From: Halarcobacter sp.
GTDB lineage: Bacteria > Campylobacterota > Campylobacteria > Campylobacterales > Arcobacteraceae
Direction: 5' to 3'
Length of the DNA: 64,000 bases
Assembly: GCA_048571215.1 (NCBI GenBank)
Contig: CP182352.1
Span: 192,001 to 256,000, forward strand
In this document: piece after piece, positions 10,387 to 20,828 of the stretch
Layout of the letters: each line of letters starts with the position of its first letter
How positions within the stretch are numbered: position 1 is the stretch's first letter
Program-made: the position numbers and the translations under genes
Notes under the pieces: generated by a model
Seen by the model: the letters and a program-made list of their open reading frames with translations, nothing else
What the model was told of the DNA's origin: nothing
Databases searched by the model: none

Positions 10387-11646
10387 TTATTTACTAAAAT
10401 GCGTTTCAAATTCATGTCTATATTTTTGCACGATACTTTTTATAATATCTTTTACAGCAGGTGCAAATACACAAACAGTTTTACCATTCATTGTTTCACA
10501 AACATCTAATATAGTTTGGATATCATCACTTGAACCTTCACCGTCTAGAATCTTCTTGATGATTTTATCAATCCATCCAGTTCCCTCTCTACACGGTGTA
10601 CACTGCCCACAAGATTCATGGTGATAAAACTCTATTAGGTTTTTTGCTACATCAACCATTGATACGCCTTCAGGGATAATCATCATCCCACCAGTACCTA
10701 AAGTAGAACCTATATCCCACATAGATTCATAATCTAGATATGCCTTTTCAACTTCTTCCGCAGTTAAAATAGGACACGAAGCCCCACCTGGAATAACAGC
10801 TTTAAGTTTTAAGCCCTCTTTCATCCCACCACCAATATCGTTGATAACATCAGTCATCTTTTCACCATATTGTAACTCATAAACTCCAGGATTTTTAACT
10901 GGTCCACTCATCGCAAATAGCATAGTTCCAGGAGCCTTTTCTGTACCATATTTAGTATATGATTCATATCCATTTAATACAATATTTGGAACAGATGAAA
11001 TAGTTTCAACATTATTAACTGTTGCTGGTTGGTCATAAAACCACTCACACTCTTTTCCATGTGGTTTTAATCTTGGGTGTCCACGTTTACCTTCAATAGA
11101 TTCAATAAGAGCAGATTTTTCTCCACAAATATAAGCTCCTCCTCCTCTATGTACTGTGATATCCATTCTAAAGTCATATTTATTCATAACTTTTGGACCA
11201 ATTATTCCAGCTTCATATGCTTCTTCAATAGCCTCATTTAATCTATCGATGAACCATTTGTATTCACCTCTAATATAAATATATGCATCATGGGCACCAA
11301 TTGCATATGAAGAGCATATAATTCCTTCAATAAGGATATGTGGATCATATTGAAAAATTTGTCTATCTTTAAATGTTCCTGGTTCTGATTCATCCCCATT
11401 TACAATTAAGTATCTAGGTCTATCATCAACTGGAGGCATAAGTTTCCATTTAGGTCCACAGGCAGCTCCACCACCACCTTTTCCTCTAAGACCACTTTTA
11501 CAAACCTCTTCAGTTACCTCTTCAGGTTTCATTGTAAAAAGTTTATCTATTGATTCATATCTTCCATTTTTAAGAGCAACTTCAAGTTTATGTGAATCGG
11601 GAATGTCAAAGTTTTTACTTACAATTTTTATTGGTTGAACAGACAT
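10387..11646 (-). CDS. nuoF: NADH-quinone oxidoreductase subunit F (FMN subunit) with atypical nucleotide pocket
   Basis: NGDESEPGTFKDR, AYICGE, NNVET and ESCGQCTPCREG motifs. Confidence 0.93.
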   Translation of the reverse strand: MSVQPIKIVSKNFDIPDSHKLEVALKNGRYESIDKLFTMKPEEVTEEVCKSGLRGKGGGGAACGPKWKLMPPVDDRPRYLIVNGDESEPGTFKDRQIFQYDPHILIEGIICSSYAIGAHDAYIYIRGEYKWFIDRLNEAIEEAYEAGIIGPKVMNKYDFRMDITVHRGGGAYICGEKSALIESIEGKRGHPRLKPHGKECEWFYDQPATVNNVETISSVPNIVLNGYESYTKYGTEKAPGTMLFAMSGPVKNPGVYELQYGEKMTDVINDIGGGMKEGLKLKAVIPGGASCPILTAEEVEKAYLDYESMWDIGSTLGTGGMMIIPEGVSMVDVAKNLIEFYHHESCGQCTPCREGTGWIDKIIKKILDGEGSSDDIQTILDVCETMNGKTVCVFAPAVKDIIKSIVQKYRHEFETHFSK

Positions 11647-12122
11647 TACTTACACTCCTCAATGATTTTTTTTAACTTATCTACAGTTAAATTTTCATGA
11701 TATTTGTGGTTTAATGCAATCATTGGAGCGCCACCACAAGCACCTTGACACTCAACTTCACTTAGATGAAATTTACCATCTTCACTAGTTTCACCTGGGT
11801 TAATTCCTAAAGTATCTTTAATGAATTTTTTAAGTTCTGGTGCGCCCATTATCATACAAGATAGGGTTTTACATAACTCAATATGATATGTACCAATTGG
11901 TTTTAAGTTAAACATTGTATAAAATGTTGCAAACTCATAAACCTCAATTGGAGTTTTGTTAAGTCTATCTGCCACATAAATCATAGCATCTGGACTAACC
12001 CATCCCTCTTGCTCTTGAACTAGCCATAAAGCAGGAAGCATCATTGCATCAATTTTTGGATACTTTTTCGCTGTTTTTTGGAATTTTTCTTCGTTTTCTT
12101 TGGTATATTCAAATTTTGCCAT
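11646..12122 (-). CDS. nuoE: NADH-quinone oxidoreductase subunit E
   Basis: ATFYTMF and CKTLSC...CQGAC [2Fe-2S] ligands. Confidence 0.93.
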   Translation of the reverse strand: MAKFEYTKENEEKFQKTAKKYPKIDAMMLPALWLVQEQEGWVSPDAMIYVADRLNKTPIEVYEFATFYTMFNLKPIGTYHIELCKTLSCMIMGAPELKKFIKDTLGINPGETSEDGKFHLSEVECQGACGGAPMIALNHKYHENLTVDKLKKIIEECK

Positions 12123-13756
12123 TATCTATCAAACTCCCCTGCAATAAAGTTCATACTTGCCATTGTAACAACAGCATCTGCTAACATAATACCCTCTACA
12201 ATTTTTGCATAAGCACCTAAAGAGTAGAAACAAGGTGGTCTACATTTAACTTTGTATGGTGTACCACTTCCATCACTAACTGTATAAAAACCTAATTCCC
12301 CATTTCCACCTTCAGTTGCAGAATAAAATTCACCTTTTGGAACTTTAATACCTTCAAAAGTTAGTTTAAATTGGTTCATTAAACCTTCAATATTTCCATA
12401 TACATCTTTTTTATTTGGTAGTACAATTGCTGGATGGTCAACATTAATAGGACCATCTGGAAGCTCTTTCATTGCTTGTCTAATGATTTTCATAGATTGT
12501 CTCATCTCTTCAAATCTACACATTATTCTGTCATAAACATCACCATGTGAACCTACTACAATATCAAAATCAAAGTTTTCATAACCATAATATGGAGTAT
12601 CTTTTCTTAAATCAAAAGGAACACCTGCAGCTCTTAAGTTAGGACCTGTAATACCTGCATCTAAAGCAAATTGTGAATCAATAACACCCACATCTTGAGT
12701 TCTATCGTGGAAAATTCTATTATGCTCAACAAGTGACAATGAGTCTTCAATAGCTTTTTCAACATCTTTTAACACATCTTCTAAATCTTCAGCAAAGCCA
12801 TCATAAAGATCAAACTCTAAACCACCAATTCTTGTATAAGAGTTTGTAAGTCTAGCTCCTGTTAGTTTTGAAAATAAATCGTAAGCCTTATCTCTTGGTG
12901 CAAAGATGTACCAGAAGTTAGTTAAACCACCAAGGTCAACCATGTTTGCTGCATTACAAACAATATGGTCAGTGATTCTACTTAACTCTCCAATGATTAT
13001 TCTAATCATTTTTGCTCTAGGTGTAATATCAATCTCTAACATATCTTCAATAGCTTTTGCATAACCAATATTATTTAATATAGCTGAACAATAATTTAAT
13101 CTATCTGTATATGGAATGATTTGTGAGTAGGTATGGTTTTCACAAGATTTTTCAAAACCTCTGTGTAGGTATCCAATCTCTGTTACACATGCAGTGATAG
13201 TTTCACCTTCCATTGCAACAAAGTTTCTAATAGTACCATGTGAAGCTGGGTGAGAAGGACCAACATTAAGCATCATTAAATCTTCTAAATCACTTTCTTT
13301 GTAACCTTTAGATTTAAGTAATGGAATCATCTCATCCATTAAATCTTCAGTTTCTGTACATCTTTGACCTTTTGTTATCTCATAATCTTTTCTTAATGGA
13401 TGTCCTACAAATTGGTGATGATTTAAAACTCTTTTTAGATTTTTATGCCCTTTAAATCTAATACCGTACTGGTCAAATACTTCTCTTTCTCCCCAATCTG
13501 CTGCATGGTATAAATCAGAGATTGTATCAACTTCTAAAGTATTGTCATCAACATAAGCTTTAACCGTAGTATGCTTTTTGAAGTTACTAGTTCTTAAGAT
13601 ATAAATAACTGCAAATCTAGATGGAGTAACATCTGGAAATGTTGAATAATCAACAGCAGTTACATCTAATAAAATTGTGAAATCTTCATCATTTTTAAGT
13701 CGAGTAATTGTTGATTTAATATCTTTTGCATCAATTAACATATCTGGTTTAAGCAT
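12122..13756 (-). CDS. nuoCD: Fused NADH-quinone oxidoreductase subunit C/D
   Basis: ERE..D.YGI.F.GH and GHPLRKDY (C domain) followed by [20 protein letters not shown] and C-terminal GEFDR (D domain). Confidence 0.94.
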   Translation of the reverse strand: MLKPDMLIDAKDIKSTITRLKNDEDFTILLDVTAVDYSTFPDVTPSRFAVIYILRTSNFKKHTTVKAYVDDNTLEVDTISDLYHAADWGEREVFDQYGIRFKGHKNLKRVLNHHQFVGHPLRKDYEITKGQRCTETEDLMDEMIPLLKSKGYKESDLEDLMMLNVGPSHPASHGTIRNFVAMEGETITACVTEIGYLHRGFEKSCENHTYSQIIPYTDRLNYCSAILNNIGYAKAIEDMLEIDITPRAKMIRIIIGELSRITDHIVCNAANMVDLGGLTNFWYIFAPRDKAYDLFSKLTGARLTNSYTRIGGLEFDLYDGFAEDLEDVLKDVEKAIEDSLSLVEHNRIFHDRTQDVGVIDSQFALDAGITGPNLRAAGVPFDLRKDTPYYGYENFDFDIVVGSHGDVYDRIMCRFEEMRQSMKIIRQAMKELPDGPINVDHPAIVLPNKKDVYGNIEGLMNQFKLTFEGIKVPKGEFYSATEGGNGELGFYTVSDGSGTPYKVKCRPPCFYSLGAYAKIVEGIMLADAVVTMASMNFIAGEFDR

Positions 13757-14264
13757 CTAAAAATCCTTTGAACTTTCTTTCTCTTTCTTTTATGATTGAT
13801 TCATCATAAGATTTTTCTTGGATTCTCATAATTGCATCTAGTACTGCTTCAGGTCTTGGGGGACAACCTGCAACATACTCGTCTACTGGGATGATTTCGT
13901 CAATCCCTTGTAAAGTTGTGTAGTTATCATAAAAACCACCAGAACATGCACATGCTCCCATAGAGATGACCCATTTAGGTTCACACATTTGATCCCAAAT
14001 TTTCTTTAATACAGGAGCTTGTTTATATGAAATAGTTCCTGCAACAATTAGTAAGTCCGCTTGTCTTGGGGAAAATCTTACTACCTCTGCTCCAAATCTT
14101 GATATATCATAACGAGCTGCTGCAACTGACATAAACTCAATACCACAACATGCAGTACCAAATGCCATTGGCCACATTGAGTATGATCTAGCCCAGTTAA
14201 TAGCTGTATCAAGTTTTGTTGTAACTATAGAGTCACCTAGGTTTGACTCTGCTCCTAATCCCAT
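13749..14264 (-). CDS. nuoB: NADH-quinone oxidoreductase subunit B
   Basis: TACCGIE, SPRQAD and GCPPRPE motifs. Confidence 0.96.
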   Translation of the reverse strand: MGLGAESNLGDSIVTTKLDTAINWARSYSMWPMAFGTACCGIEFMSVAAARYDISRFGAEVVRFSPRQADLLIVAGTISYKQAPVLKKIWDQMCEPKWVISMGACACSGGFYDNYTTLQGIDEIIPVDEYVAGCPPRPEAVLDAIMRIQEKSYDESIIKERERKFKGFLDA

Positions 14265-14617
14265 GATAACGCCTTTTTCTTATACATATATATTAAGCCT
14301 GAAAAAAGAAGACCTATAAAGATAAACATCTTTATTAGACCTGCGAAGCCAAGTTCTGTAATATTGATTGCCCAAGGAAACATAAAAATGATTTCTACAT
14401 CAAATAGTAAGAAACCTATAGCTACTAAATAAAATTTTACAGAGAATCTGATGTTTGTATTTCCAATTGGATTTGATACACCACTCTCATAAACTGTGTT
14501 TTTTAACTTGTCTTCAGTATTATTTGGTCCAAGATACTTTGTTAATAAGAATACTCCTATTAACACAAAAGCAATTGCGACAAATATTACTGACGAAAGA
14601 ATTAGATGTGTTGACAT
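14255..14617 (-). CDS. nuoA: NADH-quinone oxidoreductase subunit A
   Basis: YESG and [14 protein letters not shown] motifs. Confidence 0.95.
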   Translation of the reverse strand: MSTHLILSSVIFVAIAFVLIGVFLLTKYLGPNNTEDKLKNTVYESGVSNPIGNTNIRFSVKFYLVAIGFLLFDVEIIFMFPWAINITELGFAGLIKMFIFIGLLFSGLIYMYKKKALSWD

Positions 14618-14746
14618 AATTCATCCCATATTTTAATGTTTGAAAAAATTGTACAATATTTTGAGTTACTATTTGGTCATATGTGAATTTAAATTATGAG
14701 ATAATTTCAATAGTGAGAAGAATGGTAATACTTAAAAAAAATCGCC

Positions 14747-15895
14747 TCAAAAATTTGTAACTATTTTACACAGTGCTTTTTCTAATTCCTCCTTTGGTAA
14801 GGCACAATTTAGCCTAAAAAAGCCCTTGCCTTCGGTGCCGAAACTTCGTCCATCATTTAAAGCTACTTTTGATTCTTTTAGTAGCTTTTGTTTAACTTTA
14901 TCATGAGAGATAGAATATTTTTTAAAGTTTAACCAAAGTAAATATGTTGCTTCTGGTTCAAAAAATTCGATTTTTGACTTACTGTTTTCTAGATAATCTT
15001 TAGTAAAAGTTATATTATTTTTAAGATAAACTAATAGTTCTTCAAGCCAAGGTTCACCCCATTCATAAGCTGCTTCAAGTGCAACATAACCAAATACATT
15101 TATAGAGTGTAACTCTCTTTTTTTCACTATTTTTTCAAATTTATCTAATATTTGTTTATTTCTTGAAATTGCATAAGCACAATTAAGTCCTGCAATATTA
15201 AATGATTTACCAGCTGAATTAAGAGTTAAAGTTATATTTGAAATATCTTCTGATATTGATGCAAGTGGGGTGAATTTTTTAAAAACTAAATCTGCATGAA
15301 TCTCATCACTTATTATTAGTATCTCATTTTTAATACAAATTTTTGCTAACTCTTCTAGTTCATTTTTATTCCATACTCTTCCAACAGGATTGTGTGGAGA
15401 GCACAGGGCTAAGATTTTTGTTTTTGGTGTGATTTTTGACTTTAAGTCTTCTAGGTCCATAGTGTAATAACCATTTTCCTCTTTTAAAGGGTTTGTAACT
15501 AGAGTTCTATTATTGGCTTTTATACTATTAAACAAGGGAAAATAAACAGGTGTTTGTACAATTATCTCATCCCCTTCATTGCTAAAGGCTTCTAAAGCAG
15601 CACTATATGCTGGTACCACACCATTTACAAAACTTATCCAAGAGCTATCAATATCCCATCCATGTCTTTTTTTCATCCAGTTTTGAATAAGTTCGTAGGT
15701 TTTATTTGTAGCTTTTGCATAGCCATATACTCCATGCTTAGCTCTTTTAATAATAGCTTCATTTACAAGGTCTGGAGTTTTGAAGTCCATATCTGCTACC
15801 CATAAAGGTTGTAAATCTGCATCAGCAAAGTAAGTATCTAGGGCATCGTATTTAACACAATTTGTATCTTTTCTTTTAATTATTTCATCAAACAT
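14747..15895 (-). CDS. patB: MalY/PatB family PLP-dependent C-S lyase (cystathionine beta-lyase-like)
   Basis: WVADMDF, CSPHNPVGRVW, SDEIHADL and SAGKSFNIAG motifs. Confidence 0.88.
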   Translation of the reverse strand: MFDEIIKRKDTNCVKYDALDTYFADADLQPLWVADMDFKTPDLVNEAIIKRAKHGVYGYAKATNKTYELIQNWMKKRHGWDIDSSWISFVNGVVPAYSAALEAFSNEGDEIIVQTPVYFPLFNSIKANNRTLVTNPLKEENGYYTMDLEDLKSKITPKTKILALCSPHNPVGRVWNKNELEELAKICIKNEILIISDEIHADLVFKKFTPLASISEDISNITLTLNSAGKSFNIAGLNCAYAISRNKQILDKFEKIVKKRELHSINVFGYVALEAAYEWGEPWLEELLVYLKNNITFTKDYLENSKSKIEFFEPEATYLLWLNFKKYSISHDKVKQKLLKESKVALNDGRSFGTEGKGFFRLNCALPKEELEKALCKIVTNF

Positions 15896-15980
15896 ATATA
15901 AAACCTCTACTATAAACTATTTTTTAATGATAAAATGATATAAGATTTATACTAATTATTTGTTTATTTTAGAGGAAAAT

Positions 15981-17795
15981 ATGGAAAAAGCAATAGAGCT
16001 ACTTAGAAAAAATGATTTATTAAAAGTGATTGATGATGAACTGGATATATACTTAGAGATACCGCATATTGCATATGTTGAAGTTAAAAAAGAGGATTCA
16101 AAAGCAATTTTATTTACAAATGTAGTTGATAAAAAAAACAATAAAAAATTTGATATTCCAGTATTGATGAATGTATTTTGTAATGAAAAAGCAGTTAAAC
16201 TTTTCATTGGAGATGGGGATAAAATCGGTTCAGAGATAGAAAGTTTACTTAAAATGAAACCACCTACAACATTTAGTGAAAAGCTTTCAACCTTTGGCAA
16301 ACTGTTTGCTTTAAAAAACACAATACCTAAAAAACTTAGTGGAAAGGGTGAGTGTCAAGAAGTGATAAAATTAGGTAAAGAAGCTAAGTTATCAGATTTA
16401 CCAATTCTTACAACTTGGGAACAAGATGGTGGACCATTTATAACAATGGGACAGGTTTATACTACCTCTTTAAATGGTGAGCTTAAAAATCTTGGTATGT
16501 ATAGGTTACAAGTGTATGATGATCATACTTTAGGTATGCATTGGCAAATACATAAAGACTCTAATCATTTTTTCCATGAATATAAAGAAGCTGGGAAAAA
16601 GATGCCAGTTTCAATTGGTATTGGTGGAGACCCAATGTATATTTGGTGTGGACAAGCTCCACTTCCTATTGGAATTTTTGAGCTTATGCTTTATGGCTTT
16701 GTAAAAAACAAAAATGCTAAACTGGTAAAAAGTATTACAAATGATATATATGTACCAAAAGATAATGATTTTATAATAGAAGGGTTTGTTGATACTTCTA
16801 AAATGAAAATAGAGGGACCTTTTGGGGATCATACTGGATATTATACTCTAGAAGAGGAGTATCCATTTTTAGAAGTAAGTGCAATAACTCACAAGAAAAA
16901 ACCTACTTACTTAGCCACTGTTGTCGGAAAACCACCTTTAGAAGATAAATATATGGGACATGCAACAGAAAGGATATTTTTGCCGCTTCTAAAAACTACA
17001 GCCCCAGATTTGATTGATTATTATATGCCAGAAAATGGAGTGTTTCATAATCTTATTTTAGCAAAAATCAAAACTCTTTATCCAGGACATGCACAACAAA
17101 TGATGCATGCTTTCTGGGGAGTAGGGCAGATGAGTTTTGTTAAACATGCAATTTTTGTTAATGAAGATGCACCCCAATTAAATAATCATGATGCTATAGC
17201 AAAACATATATTAAATCGTATAAATATAGAAGATATTCTAATCACAAAAGGTGTAGTTGATGCACTTGATCACTCAAGTCCAAAATTTGCAGTTGGTGGA
17301 AAACTTGGTCTTGATTGTACAGGTGATGAGATTAGTGATTTAGGAATTACTATTTTAAGTGATGAAGAGTTATTAGCTAAAATAAATTGTATTACAAATG
17401 AAGTAAAAATTTTAAAACAATATTATACTGATACAAAGAATCCAGTAACTGTTGTAACAGTTGACAAAAATAGAAATCAGAAACATCTTTTTGAGGATCT
17501 AAAAGCAGTTTATGAAAATATAAAAATATTAGTATTAGTTGATGCTGCAAATCAAAATGATGTAGAAAACATATATATGCTTATTTGGAGAGTTGTTAAT
17601 AATATAGATTCAAATAGAGATATTTATATAGATTCAAATACCATATGTTTAGATGGTACAAATAAAAACTCATTTGATAATTTTCAAAGAAGATGGCCTG
17701 ATGATGTAGACTGTACAAGAGAAGTACTTGATTCTTTGAAACAAAGAGGTATTTTAGATATAGATGATGAATTTATAAAAAAATATCAACTTTAG
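15981..17795 (+). CDS. UbiD-family menaquinone biosynthesis decarboxylase (MqnL-like)
   Basis: EGPFGDHTGYY, NLGMYRLQ and VVGKPPLED motifs; SD AGAGG before ATG 15981. Confidence 0.88.
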   Translation: MEKAIELLRKNDLLKVIDDELDIYLEIPHIAYVEVKKEDSKAILFTNVVDKKNNKKFDIPVLMNVFCNEKAVKLFIGDGDKIGSEIESLLKMKPPTTFSEKLSTFGKLFALKNTIPKKLSGKGECQEVIKLGKEAKLSDLPILTTWEQDGGPFITMGQVYTTSLNGELKNLGMYRLQVYDDHTLGMHWQIHKDSNHFFHEYKEAGKKMPVSIGIGGDPMYIWCGQAPLPIGIFELMLYGFVKNKNAKLVKSITNDIYVPKDNDFIIEGFVDTSKMKIEGPFGDHTGYYTLEEEYPFLEVSAITHKKKPTYLATVVGKPPLEDKYMGHATERIFLPLLKTTAPDLIDYYMPENGVFHNLILAKIKTLYPGHAQQMMHAFWGVGQMSFVKHAIFVNEDAPQLNNHDAIAKHILNRINIEDILITKGVVDALDHSSPKFAVGGKLGLDCTGDEISDLGITILSDEELLAKINCITNEVKILKQYYTDTKNPVTVVTVDKNRNQKHLFEDLKAVYENIKILVLVDAANQNDVENIYMLIWRVVNNIDSNRDIYIDSNTICLDGTNKNSFDNFQRRWPDDVDCTREVLDSLKQRGILDIDDEFIKKYQL

Positions 17796-17804
17796 TAAAA
17801 GTAG

Positions 17805-20078
17805 TTAAACTACTTTTACTTCATTTTTCCCACTTCTTTTCACCTCATACATTGCATTATCAACTCTTGTAATTAAAGTATCAGAGTTATCATTCTCTTC
17901 AAATTGAGATACTCCAAAACTACAGGTTATTTTTCTATCAATTTTAAAATCAAAATTTATAATCTTATCTCTTAGATTATAAGCTAACTCTTGTGCATCT
18001 TTTTTATTTGTTTCTGGTAAAACTATTACAAACTCTTCTCCACCCCATCTTCCTAGATAATCAGTTTTTCTTATATGTTTTGAAATTAGTTTACAGAGTT
18101 TTATTAAAACTTCATCACCAATCTTATGACCTAATTGGTCATTGATAAGTTTAAAATCATCAATATCAAAGAAGATAACTGATAAGTCTCTTTTGTATCT
18201 TTTAGACCTTTCTAACTCAAAGTTATATAAAGACTCAATTTTTCTTCTATTATTGATATTTGTTAGTACATCAATATTGACAATTTCATGTAATTCCTTT
18301 TCTATCTCTTTTCTTTTTTTAATCTCATTTTTTAATTTTCTATTTGTGATTACAATTATTAAAATAATAATAACAAGTGGCATTACAACTTTGTAAACCC
18401 ATGAATAGTCAACTGATGTTTGATATATTACGGAGTAGTATTTATTGTTTATATCTGAAATCTCTTCATGACTAATACTAGTAATCACTTTATTTAAAAT
18501 ATTTAATAACAAAGGATTTTTTTTGTTAACTAATAGTCTGATTTTAAATGGTTTGCCAATTGTTCCAGAGATTTTTATATTTGTTAGTCCACCTTGAGTA
18601 ATATCGTAAGACAAGGCAGGAAGTTTATCAATTGAGGCATAAATTTTTCCTTCAGTTAAAAGCTTTAGACCCTCTTTTATATTTAAAACTTCAATGAAAT
18701 TAATATTTGGAAACTCTTTTTTTAATTTATTGTAGTAAGTACTATATTTATTAATTGCAACCTTTTTGCCTGCTAATTCATCTATAGAACTAATAAAAGG
18801 TTTATTATTTAAAGTTGCAATTGCAATTTTTATTTTTGAAATAGTTTCTGTGATATAGAGTTTATCATTGTAGTCATAATCTGAGTAGGCAAATTTTATT
18901 TTATTTGGTGAATTTTTTATTTTTTCTATTAAAACTTTGTTTTTATTTTCAATCTCAAAATTTGCTTCTAGTTTTAACTTTTTATTTATAAGTCTCCAAA
19001 AGTCAATTTCAATACCTTTAATCTTATTGTTTATAGTCATTGTAAAAGGTGGAAAATTAGTATTGGTAAGTAATGAAAATTTATTTTTTTGTAAAAATCT
19101 TTTTTCCTCTTTTGTTAAATTGATTTTATTTGGATTATATATTATCTCATTTAAATCAAAATCAATATGATTGTTAGTTAATCCTAATAAAAGATAGAGT
19201 CTTTTAATCTCTTCAATCTTATTTATGTTTAAATTACCTAACATCCCTTCATCAAATTTAGCAAGTTTTTTAAGCACTTCCCCTTCATAAATCAAAGAAT
19301 CTAGGCTTTTATTTTGTGTATTGTATTTCTCATAAATTATTTTTGCTGTTTCTTCAATATTTTTAAAGGCATACTCCCAACCTTTTAAAGTGGCATTGTA
19401 CATCTTTTTTACTCTAATGGGATTTTCAAATAACTCTTTTTCTGAGGTAAAAAATATACCCCCATAAAAATCAAAACCATAATCACTAGGATTGTATATA
19501 TTAAAATCTATATTTTTTTCTTTTAAAATATATGGTTCATTTGAAAGGTAACAACCCATCATATCAGTTTTACCATTTATTAAATCTTCAAGTTTAAATG
19601 AGTGGGTGATAAAATTTATTTGATTGAGTTTAACTCCTTGTGAAATTATCATTGAGTTAATAGATGCAGTTGATCTAGCATCAGATGTAAGCATAATTTT
19701 TTTATTTATTAAATCTTTAAGTGTTTTTATATTTGATTTTTTTAGTGATAATAATACCATTGGAGAGTTTTGGTAAATTGCAGCTAACAATATTACTTTT
19801 TTATCTTCCATCCTATCTATAATAAGTGAAGATTTGCCTACTGCATAGCTTGATTTCTTATTTAGAACATCTTTAATTAAATTAACATTAGAATCAAACT
19901 CTTTTATCTCAACATCAAGATTTTCTTCTTTGTAAAACCCTTTTTCTTTGGCTATATAATAACCAGCAAATTGGAATTGATGTAGCCAATCTAATTGTAT
20001 TGATACTTTTTCTAAATTTTTTGCATTTAAAGATATAACAATAAAAAAAATAAAAAATAAAAACTTTAAAAATTTCAT
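17805..20078 (-). CDS. Diguanylate cyclase with periplasmic NMT1/THI5-like and amino-acid-type binding domains
   Basis: Signal peptide, LDWLHQFQFAGYY, second binding-protein domain, one TM helix, RKTD I-site and GGEEF. Confidence 0.88.
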   Translation of the reverse strand: MKFLKFLFFIFFIVISLNAKNLEKVSIQLDWLHQFQFAGYYIAKEKGFYKEENLDVEIKEFDSNVNLIKDVLNKKSSYAVGKSSLIIDRMEDKKVILLAAIYQNSPMVLLSLKKSNIKTLKDLINKKIMLTSDARSTASINSMIISQGVKLNQINFITHSFKLEDLINGKTDMMGCYLSNEPYILKEKNIDFNIYNPSDYGFDFYGGIFFTSEKELFENPIRVKKMYNATLKGWEYAFKNIEETAKIIYEKYNTQNKSLDSLIYEGEVLKKLAKFDEGMLGNLNINKIEEIKRLYLLLGLTNNHIDFDLNEIIYNPNKINLTKEEKRFLQKNKFSLLTNTNFPPFTMTINNKIKGIEIDFWRLINKKLKLEANFEIENKNKVLIEKIKNSPNKIKFAYSDYDYNDKLYITETISKIKIAIATLNNKPFISSIDELAGKKVAINKYSTYYNKLKKEFPNINFIEVLNIKEGLKLLTEGKIYASIDKLPALSYDITQGGLTNIKISGTIGKPFKIRLLVNKKNPLLLNILNKVITSISHEEISDINNKYYSVIYQTSVDYSWVYKVVMPLVIIILIIVITNRKLKNEIKKRKEIEKELHEIVNIDVLTNINNRRKIESLYNFELERSKRYKRDLSVIFFDIDDFKLINDQLGHKIGDEVLIKLCKLISKHIRKTDYLGRWGGEEFVIVLPETNKKDAQELAYNLRDKIINFDFKIDRKITCSFGVSQFEENDNSDTLITRVDNAMYEVKRSGKNEVKVV

Positions 20079-20258
20079 ATAAAATTATATCTTAATATTG
20101 ATAAATATACCTAAAAAGCTTTAAATAAAATAAGTAACATAATTATATAATAGTTTTAATTATTCATTAACAATCTTCTGTTTAAAGTACTATCCATAAT
20201 CTAAATGATATAATCTTTTTTCATAAAATGTAGTTTTAAATTAGAGGATAAAAATAAT

Positions 20259-20828
20259 ATGATATTAATGATTGATAATTATGACTCTTTTACTTATAAC
20301 ATAGTTCAGTATTGCTTAGAATTAGGAGCAGATTTGAAGGTTATAAGAAATGATGAATTAACAATTAAAGAAATAGAAGAGCTAAATCCAGAAAAGATAA
20401 TAATCTCTCCTGGACCTGCTACTCCAGATGATGCTGGAATATGTTTAGAGCTTATTGAATACTTTGCAGACAAAAAACCAATATTTGGAATTTGTTTAGG
20501 ACATCAAAGTATTGCTCAAGTGTTTGGTGCAAATGTGATAAGAGCTGATAATATGATGCATGGTAAAACATCTAAAATAAAAGTTGTATTTGATACTATT
20601 CTTTTTAATGGTATACCAAAAGAGTTTACCCAAACTAGATATCACTCTTTAATTGTACAAAAAGATAATTTGCCTGATTGTATAATCCCTACCTCTTATA
20701 GTACCGATGATGGTGAGATTATGTCTTTGCAAATAAAAGGTAAGAAGGTTTATGGGGTACAGTTTCATCCTGAATCTATTATGAGTGAGCATGGATTCAC
20801 AATAATTAACAATTTTCTAAAACTATGA
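20259..20828 (+). CDS. Aminodeoxychorismate/anthranilate synthase component II (PabA/TrpG)
   Basis: IDNYDSFTYN, SPGP, GICLGHQ, RYHSL and QFHPES motifs. Confidence 0.93.
   Translation: MILMIDNYDSFTYNIVQYCLELGADLKVIRNDELTIKEIEELNPEKIIISPGPATPDDAGICLELIEYFADKKPIFGICLGHQSIAQVFGANVIRADNMMHGKTSKIKVVFDTILFNGIPKEFTQTRYHSLIVQKDNLPDCIIPTSYSTDDGEIMSLQIKGKKVYGVQFHPESIMSEHGFTIINNFLKL

Noticed and set aside
1393..19170. Short antisense or alternate-frame ORFs over nuo, the UbiD-family gene and the diguanylate cyclase
   Set aside because: Shadows of strongly supported genes with no motifs or SD; the same applies to those over tuf, nusG, rpl and rpo genes.
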